NCBI GenBank assembly: GCA_036374435.1
Contig: DASUTU010000123.1
Location: forward strand, 1,241 to 65,240
Reading direction: 5' to 3'
Source of the DNA: Actinomycetota bacterium
Lineage (GTDB): Bacteria; Actinomycetota; UBA4738; HRBIN12
Length of the DNA stretch: 64,000 nt
Shown: positions 58,319-64,000 of the stretch, piece after piece
How positions within the stretch are numbered: the first letter of the stretch is position 1
Layout of the letters: each line of letters starts with the position of its first letter
Translations under genes and position numbers: made by a program
Notes under the pieces: model-generated
Told to the model about the DNA's origin: nothing
The model's input: the letters and a program-made list of their open reading frames with translations, nothing else
The model's database searches: none

Positions 58319-59413
58319 TCAGGGCAGCCAGGCGGCTGGGCCGGTCGGTGGTGGTGCGTCCGGCGGCGGGAGCACGGGCAGCGGCGTGGACCCATCGAAC
58401 GCCAGGATGCCGCTCGCACCCACGACGTAGAGCACGTCTTGATCGTCGAACGCGGCCGCCAAGAGTCGGCCGGCCGACGTCGCGTCGACGGGCCGCGCGG
58501 TGCCGGCCGCCGCGTCCACGACCCACAGGCCCTGCAAGCCGTCGATCACCCCGTCCACGGCCACGTACCGGCCGCTCCGCGACGTGGCCACGATCCGCCC
58601 CCGAGTGATCGAGCCCGCGACGACGGCGCGGGACGTGCCGTTCCCGGCCCAGACCAGCAGTTCCCCTCCCAGCTCCAGGAACAAGAAGCCGCCGGACGAC
58701 ACGAGAACGCGCCCCGGGAGAACGCGCATGGACGTTCCCGGCACCAGCACGTGCGAGCGCAGGAGGCCGCCGCCTTCGGACACGCTCACCACGGTCACCC
58801 TGGACGAGTACATGACCGCGGAGAGGAGCCGGCCGCACGGCAGAGGGATGGGGTGCGCCGGACGGTGTCTGCTGTCGACCAGGACGACGCGTTCCAACTC
58901 GAAGGAGGGATCGGGGCACCCGGGTGGATGGTCGGTCTCGACGCGGCCGATCAGGAGCGCCTGCCGATTCGAGGAGACCGAGACGTGATCGCCGCGAGCC
59001 ACCTCGATCGGATCCAGGAGCCGGTTGAGCAACAGCCAGGCGACCTCCTCGGCGCCGTCGACGACCGATAGGACCAGCCAGTCGCCGCGGGGCCCGGCGG
59101 GGACCATCGCCTCGACCTCGGAGAGGGCGGGCCCCTCCCGGAGGATGCCGGTGCGGACGTCGAGGAAGTACAGCCGCTGCCCGGCGCCGCCGCGTTCGTC
59201 GCCCACGTACACGAGCCGGCCCCGAAGCGTGACGGGAGTGGGAGACGGCTCCGCGCGGGACGTGACCGCCGGCGGCGCGGATTCCCCCGGTGCCGGTCGG
59301 GCCGTGACGCCCGCGACCAGGCGCACCAGGAGCACGGCCGCGATCGCCGCCGCGATCACGAGGAACCAGCGGCTGCGCCGGTACCGGCCCTCGACGGCCT
59401 CGTCGCCGTTCAC
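58319..59413 (-). CDS. membrane-anchored hypothetical protein (single TM, Pro/Ala-rich)
   Basis: The GTG at 59413 overlaps the folK stop (GTGA). TM helix WFLVIAAAIAAVLLVRLVAG. Occupies the position between folK and DUF2520-panC. Confidence 0.5.
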   Translation of the reverse strand: MNGDEAVEGRYRRSRWFLVIAAAIAAVLLVRLVAGVTARPAPGESAPPAVTSRAEPSPTPVTLRGRLVYVGDERGGAGQRLYFLDVRTGILREGPALSEVEAMVPAGPRGDWLVLSVVDGAEEVAWLLLNRLLDPIEVARGDHVSVSSNRQALLIGRVETDHPPGCPDPSFELERVVLVDSRHRPAHPIPLPCGRLLSAVMYSSRVTVVSVSEGGGLLRSHVLVPGTSMRVLPGRVLVSSGGFLFLELGGELLVWAGNGTSRAVVAGSITRGRIVATSRSGRYVAVDGVIDGLQGLWVVDAAAGTARPVDATSAGRLLAAAFDDQDVLYVVGASGILAFDGSTPLPVLPPPDAPPPTGPAAWLP

Positions 59414-59913
59414 GAGCCCACCCGCAGGGGCGGAGCGAAGACCCGGAGTCCGAACACCGCGTTCGGCGCCATCCGCACCGAGGCCAGGGAGCGGCCGCCG
59501 GGGAGCATCGGTTCGGGATCGAGCTCGGCGAGCGGGACCAGCACGAAGCCGCGCTCGTGCATCCGCGGATGCGGGATCGTGAGCTCGGGTTCGTCCACGA
59601 CGCGCCGATCGAACGTGAGGACGTCCACGTCGATCGGCCGCGGCCCCCACCGCTCGGCCCGGACGCGCCCGAGCTCGGCCTCCACGTCGAGGCAGGTCCG
59701 GAGCAGCTCGAGCGGCTCCAGGGTGGTCCGGACCTCCACCACGGCGTTGAGGTAGTGGGGCTGAGGCGGCCCCACCGGCTCGGTCTCGTAGACGCGCGAG
59801 GACCGAACGACCTCGATCCCCTCCCGCCGGTGCAGGAGGTCCACGGCGCGCTGCAACAGGTCGAGCCGGTCACCCAGATTCGACCCGAGCCCCAGGAAGG
59901 CCGAGGCCGCCAC
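59410..59913 (-). CDS. folK: 2-amino-4-hydroxy-6-hydroxymethyldihydropteridine diphosphokinase (HPPK)
   Basis: AFLGLGSNLGDR...PHYLNAV...GPRPIDVDVL...HPRMHERGFVLVPLAEL. Confidence 0.92.
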   Translation of the reverse strand: MAASAFLGLGSNLGDRLDLLQRAVDLLHRREGIEVVRSSRVYETEPVGPPQPHYLNAVVEVRTTLEPLELLRTCLDVEAELGRVRAERWGPRPIDVDVLTFDRRVVDEPELTIPHPRMHERGFVLVPLAELDPEPMLPGGRSLASVRMAPNAVFGLRVFAPPLRVGS

Positions 59914-59920
59914 GGGCCGG

Positions 59921-60277
59921 TCAGGCCCCCGACTCGGCCGAGGCGGCCGCGGCCACGCCCTGGACGTCGTTCGAGGCGGCGGCGGCCGGTTTGTGCACGA
60001 CCGCGCTCGCCCGGACCACGGCGGGTCGGCTCGCCACGGCCCGGGCCACGGCGTCGGCGAGGTTCTCGAGGAGGTCGAACCGTTCCGCTTCCACCGTCTC
60101 GCGGGCCACCCGGATCAGCTCGCGGTAGTCGGCCGTCGTCCCGATCTCGTCCCCGGACACCTGAACCTCGACGTCGAGGTCGACGACGAAGTCCTGCGCC
60201 CGGTCCTGCTCCCCCGGGTTCGCGCCGTGGTGCCCGGCCGCGGTGATCCCGCTCAGGAACAACCTCGAGGTCCTCAC
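59921..60277 (-). CDS. folB: dihydroneopterin aldolase
   Basis: GTG at 60277 after GGGAGGA. ...GHHGANPGEQDRAQDFVVDLDVEV...DYRELIRVARETVE. Confidence 0.85.
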   Translation of the reverse strand: MRTSRLFLSGITAAGHHGANPGEQDRAQDFVVDLDVEVQVSGDEIGTTADYRELIRVARETVEAERFDLLENLADAVARAVASRPAVVRASAVVHKPAAAASNDVQGVAAAASAESGA

Positions 60278-61173
60278 TCTCGTTCCTCCCCCGGCGGGCG
60301 GCGACCGAGCGAGACGGTCACCGGTCCGCCCTCGTGGCGATGTTCGAGCTTCAGGTACTGGGACTGCAGCCACCGGAACACCAGCGGCGCAACGGTCTCG
60401 AGCGCATCCTCCAGCAAGAAGTGCCGGCACCCGGGGAGCAGGGCCACGGCGGCGCGAGGCAGGACCTCGCCCAGGCGCTCGGCCACCTCCGGCGGGACGA
60501 ACCGGTCGTCCTCGCCCCAGAGCACCAGGGCCGGGATCTCGAGGGCGGCGAGTCGCGACTCGAGGCCGGTCAGTCCCTCGCCGTCGAACGAGGCCGCGAC
60601 CCGAGCCAGACGGTCGAAGCCGTCGTCGCCGGCGAAGGGCCGCACGTACCCCTCGACCACCTCCGCGGAGAGCCGGTCGGCGCGCGACGTCCCCGCCTCG
60701 ACCATCGCGCGCACCCATTCCCGCGGATCGACGTGGCCTCCCGCCGCGATCGTCTCGCGGAGGGCCCCGACGCCCGGGGCCGGCCAGGCGTCGAACGCGA
60801 TGCTGTCCACCAACACGAGCGCCTCGGCCCCGCCGTCGAGGGCCAGGTGCTGGGCCACTCCGCCCCCGTGGCCGTGGCCGAGGACGGCGAACCGCTCGAC
60901 GTGGAGCTGCTCGAGGAGCTCGCGAACGGTCCGGGCGTGGCCGGCAACGTCGAGGTCGGCGCCCGGGCCTGCCGCGGAGTCCCCCGAGCCCAACAGGTCC
61001 GGGGCGAGGACGTGCAGGAACGGCGACAACATCGGAACCATGCCCCGCCACAGGAACGAAGACGTGAACCCGCCGCTCAGCAACACCACCGCCGGCGCCT
61101 CCGGGTCGCCGGCCTCGACCACGGCGAGCTCGCCGCCGGTGACGGCCACGGGCCGCTTGTCGCCCACGCTCAT
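60274..61173 (-). CDS. alpha/beta hydrolase fold protein
   Basis: GHGHGG nucleophile-elbow-like motif, the HGGG / VLLSGG pattern and a C-terminal His. 4-nt overlaps with folP upstream and folB downstream. Confidence 0.75.
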   Translation of the reverse strand: MSVGDKRPVAVTGGELAVVEAGDPEAPAVVLLSGGFTSSFLWRGMVPMLSPFLHVLAPDLLGSGDSAAGPGADLDVAGHARTVRELLEQLHVERFAVLGHGHGGGVAQHLALDGGAEALVLVDSIAFDAWPAPGVGALRETIAAGGHVDPREWVRAMVEAGTSRADRLSAEVVEGYVRPFAGDDGFDRLARVAASFDGEGLTGLESRLAALEIPALVLWGEDDRFVPPEVAERLGEVLPRAAVALLPGCRHFLLEDALETVAPLVFRWLQSQYLKLEHRHEGGPVTVSLGRRPPGEERE

Positions 61174-62027
61174 GGACCGGACCCCGCGATCGCGTCGGCC
61201 ACCCGCACGGCGCGCACCACCTCAAGGACGTCGTGAACGCGGACGAGGTTCGCCCCGCGCGAGACCATCCACACGACCGCGGCGATGGTCCCCTCCACGC
61301 GCCGGTCCTCGGGCACGTTCAGGATTGTTCCCAGGAACCGCTTTCGCGACGGCCCCACCAGCACGGGCCGCCCCAGCTCGGTCAGCGCGTCGATGCGGCG
61401 GATCAGCTCGAGGTTGTGCTCCAGCTCCTTGCCGAACCCGATCCCCGGATCGACCGCGATCCGCTCCGGCTCGATCCCGGCAGCCCGCGCGGCCTCGACC
61501 CGTTCGCGCAGGTGCTCGCGGACCTCGGCCACGACGTCCCGGTACGCCGCGGTCTCCTGCATCGTCTTCGGCTCACCTTTCATGTGCATCAGGACGATCC
61601 CCGCACCGCGCCCGGCGACGAGCGGGAACATCTCGGGGTCGCCGCCCGCGGAAACGTCGTTGACGATCGTCGCGCCCACGTCGAGCGCCGCCGCGGCGAC
61701 CGCCACCTTGCGCGTGTCGATCGAGATCGGGGTGTCCGGCACCGCCCCGGCCAGGGCGGCGACCACCGGAACCACTCTGGCCGTCTCCTCCTCGACGGAA
61801 ACGGGGTCGGAGCCGGGCCGGGTGGACTCACCGCCCACGTCGATCACATCCGCGCCGTCCGCCACCATCCGGACGGCGTGGTCGACAGCCGCGTCGGAGG
61901 CCAGGAACCGCCCGCCGTCGGAGAACGAGTCGGGGGTGACGTTCAGGATCCCCATCACGAACGTGCGCTCGGAGCAGTCGAGCACGCGATCGCCGAACCG
62001 CCAGACGAGGCCGCCCACGACGGCCAT
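61170..62027 (-). CDS. folP: dihydropteroate synthase
   Basis: MGILNVTPDSFSDGG...DVGGESTRPG...NDVSAG... Confidence 0.92.
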   Translation of the reverse strand: MAVVGGLVWRFGDRVLDCSERTFVMGILNVTPDSFSDGGRFLASDAAVDHAVRMVADGADVIDVGGESTRPGSDPVSVEEETARVVPVVAALAGAVPDTPISIDTRKVAVAAAALDVGATIVNDVSAGGDPEMFPLVAGRGAGIVLMHMKGEPKTMQETAAYRDVVAEVREHLRERVEAARAAGIEPERIAVDPGIGFGKELEHNLELIRRIDALTELGRPVLVGPSRKRFLGTILNVPEDRRVEGTIAAVVWMVSRGANLVRVHDVLEVVRAVRVADAIAGSGP

Positions 62028-62062
62028 CGTAACGACGCCCGCCAGTGTCGTAGCCTTCGCCC

Positions 62063-62740
62063 GTGGCGGCCACCTCGACCACGGAGCGGCACCCCTCCGC
62101 CGATTACCTCGAGGCCCTCTACGAGATCCGCGAGGAGAACCTCCCGCCGGTCCAGGCCGAGCTCGCGCGGTGGATGGGCGTCAGCCGGACCTCGGTCTCC
62201 GACCACGTCCGACGCCTCATCGCCGACGGCCTGATCTCGACGGCCGGCCGCGAGCTCGGGTTCACGCCGGCCGGCGAGGCCATGGCGGTGGTCCTGGTCC
62301 GGCGGCACCGGCTGGCCGAACACCTGCTGGTCGGCGTGATCGGGTTGCCGTGGCATCTCGCCCATGCCGAGGCCGAACGGTGGGAGCGGGTGATCTCGGA
62401 CGCGGTCGAGGAGCGCCTGGTCGCGCTGCTCGACGACCCGGGCGCGTGCCCCCACGGGAACCCCATCCCCGGCTCGGCCAACCTCGTGGACTACCGCGAC
62501 CTGCGGCCGCTCGCCGAGGTCGGCCCACCCGCCGACGTCACATTGCGCCGGCTCACCGAGGACCTCGAGCTGGAAATCGACGTGATGCGCTTCCTGGAGG
62601 ACAGCGGCTTGATGCCGGGGGCCACGTTCCGCGTGCAGGGGATCGCGCCCGACGGCGCGATGAGCCTGGCCGTTGACGGGCGCCCCGTCGCGCTCGGGGC
62701 GCACCTGGCCGACAACCTCTGGGTCGAGCCGCGGTCCTAA
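62063..62740 (+). CDS. DtxR/IdeR/MntR-family metal-dependent transcriptional regulator (with C-terminal FeoA/SH3-like domain)
   Basis: GTG start. N-terminal wHTH (YLEALYEI...ARWMGVSRTSVSDHVRRLIADGLI). Metal-site residues (H...E...C.HG). C-terminal TLRRLTEDLELEIDVMRFLEDSGLMPG. Confidence 0.85.
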   Translation: MAATSTTERHPSADYLEALYEIREENLPPVQAELARWMGVSRTSVSDHVRRLIADGLISTAGRELGFTPAGEAMAVVLVRRHRLAEHLLVGVIGLPWHLAHAEAERWERVISDAVEERLVALLDDPGACPHGNPIPGSANLVDYRDLRPLAEVGPPADVTLRRLTEDLELEIDVMRFLEDSGLMPGATFRVQGIAPDGAMSLAVDGRPVALGAHLADNLWVEPRS

Positions 62741-62747
62741 CCGGCGC

Positions 62748-63743
62748 CTACGGCAACGCCCCGACGTCCTGTAGCAGCTCGAGCGTGCCCTGCAGATTCT
62801 CCAGCGCGCCGAGGTCGATGTCGGGTGGATCGAGCTCCTCCAGTGGCGTCAGTCCCGCCTCGACCGGGACACCCTCGACGAGGGGGTACTCGTGTGTCTG
62901 CTCCGCGAAATAGGACTGGGCCTCTTCGGAGAGCAGGAACTCCACGAACCGCTCGGCCGGGCCGACCCCGTCGGACGCGTTCAGGATCGCGACGCCGGCC
63001 ACGTTGACCAACGCCCCGGCGTCGCCCCCGCCGAGGAAGGCGTTTTCCACCGGATAGTCGGGGCCCTCCTCGTCCCGCTTCACGAACAGGTAGTAGTGGT
63101 TGATGAACGCGACGTCCACCTCGCCGGCCGCGATCCCCTCGAGCGCCGGCGTGTTGCTGTCGTAGACGACGGGATCGTTCGCGAGGATGCCTTCGAGCCA
63201 CTCCCGCGCGGCGTCTTCGCCCTCGAGCAGGCGGAGCGCCGTGACGAACGCCTGGAAGGACCCGTTGGTGGGCGCCCATCCGATCCGCCCGGACCACGCC
63301 GGATCCGTGAAGCCGAAGATCGAGTCGGGCAGCTCGGCGGGGTCAACACGCTCGGTGGAGTAGGCGACGACCCGCGCCCGTCCGGAGATGCCCACCCACG
63401 TCCCCGCGGGGGAACGGAAGCGGGCAGGGACCGCCTCGAGGACCTCGCCGGGAAGCTCGCGCAGCATCCCGGCTGCGTCCAGGGCGCCGAGCGCGCCGGC
63501 GTCCTGGGCGAAGAAGACATCGGCCGGCGTTCCCTCGCCCTCCTCAAGGATGGTCGAGGCCATCTCGGCCGTGTCGCCGTACCGAACCTGTACCTGGATG
63601 CCGGTTTCTTCCTGGAATTGGTCGAAGAGCGGCTGGACGAGGGATTCCTCCCGGCCCGTGTAGACCGTGAGCTCTCCGTCCTCGCCGCCACAGGCCGGCA
63701 CGGCGGCGAGGACGAACATGACAGCGAGCGTGGGACGTAGCAT
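62748..63743 (-). CDS. iron(III) ABC transporter periplasmic substrate-binding lipoprotein (FbpA/AfuA-like)
   Basis: Lipobox LAAVPACGG. ...LTVYTGREESLVQPLFDQFQEETGIQVQVRYGDTAEMA... is typical of Fe3+ binding proteins. Confidence 0.8.
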   Translation of the reverse strand: MLRPTLAVMFVLAAVPACGGEDGELTVYTGREESLVQPLFDQFQEETGIQVQVRYGDTAEMASTILEEGEGTPADVFFAQDAGALGALDAAGMLRELPGEVLEAVPARFRSPAGTWVGISGRARVVAYSTERVDPAELPDSIFGFTDPAWSGRIGWAPTNGSFQAFVTALRLLEGEDAAREWLEGILANDPVVYDSNTPALEGIAAGEVDVAFINHYYLFVKRDEEGPDYPVENAFLGGGDAGALVNVAGVAILNASDGVGPAERFVEFLLSEEAQSYFAEQTHEYPLVEGVPVEAGLTPLEELDPPDIDLGALENLQGTLELLQDVGALP

Positions 63744-63746
63744 GGG

Positions 63747-63778
63747 CGCGAAATCCTATGGCGGAGGTAGGATTCGCG
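63747..63778. promoter_or_regulatory. inverted repeat CGCGAAATCCTA-N9-TAGGATTCGCG abutting the start codon of the iron-binding-protein gene
   Basis: Seen in the sequence 4-35 nt upstream of the ATG at 63743. It may be a metalloregulator operator or an mRNA hairpin. Confidence 0.35.
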
Positions 63779-63893
63779 TCAAGAAGCCCTGACAGAGTTC
63801 GTCAGGACCCCCGAACAGGCGGGTCCGCGCCGGCGTCGGAGGGGCGGGGGATTGAACACGAACACTGAGGAGCGGGCTCGACGCGAGGCCGGG

Positions 63894-64000
63894 ATGCCGG
63901 CCCGAGGGGCGCGTCATCCCCCGCCTACGGCTACGGCCAGCCTGGCGGCGCTCGTTGGCGCCGCGGCGCTCCTGCCGGCCGGGTACCTCGTGATCCGGGC
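63894..64000 (+). CDS. possible start of a membrane protein (partial; hydrophobic N-terminus)
   Basis: ATG 63894. Product MPARGARHPPPTATASLAALVGAAALLPAGYLVIR... runs off the window. Confidence 0.25.
   Translation, partial: MPARGARHPPPTATASLAALVGAAALLPAGYLVIR

Overview
This is high-GC (~70%) chromosomal DNA that looks like a core region of an actinobacterial genome, densely packed with conserved housekeeping operons and no obvious mobile DNA. I found no CRISPR array, rRNA gene, transposase or integrase, and the many long ORFs on the opposite strand of real genes are GC-driven shadows.

Recognisable conserved blocks:
- Molybdenum cofactor: a fused MogA-XdhC gene, a small DUF6457-like gene and moaA, next to a Crp/Fnr regulator.
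- The folate/pantothenate/Clp block folP-(alpha/beta hydrolase)-folB-folK-membrane protein-DUF2520-panC-coaX-lysS-(receiver-only response regulator)-clpC, which matches the mycobacterial folP1...clpC1 gene order except that panD is missing and a response regulator sits where lsr2 would be.
- radA-carD-PIN/TRAM-ispD-ispF-rlmB-tRNA-Thr(UGU).
- An orphan groEL preceded by a perfect CIRCE element.
- acs, otsA and the large NAD-specific glutamate dehydrogenase.

Accessory-looking content:
- A membrane protein fusing a PqqD/RRE-like domain, an M50 site-2 protease core and two cNMP-binding domains. It is followed by a 6-Cys zinc-ribbon ORF and sits beside a Crp-family regulator and two CRP-type boxes. 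This is my best candidate for an undescribed system.
- A sulfur-trafficking cluster DsrE-TusA-SQR-TusA-DsrE with a divergent transporter-like membrane protein.
- Two tandemly duplicated ECF sigma / anti-sigma modules, followed by a repeated hairpin element.
- A vapBC toxin-antitoxin pair with a palindromic operator.
- An OmpR-type response regulator, sensor kinase and PepSY operon with 11-bp-phased direct repeats upstream.
- An orphan GroES-like gene.
- A truncated ABC ATPase.
- A frameshifted secreted protein.
- Tandem 15-bp repeats lying over the 5' end of radA, which has no canonical start codon.
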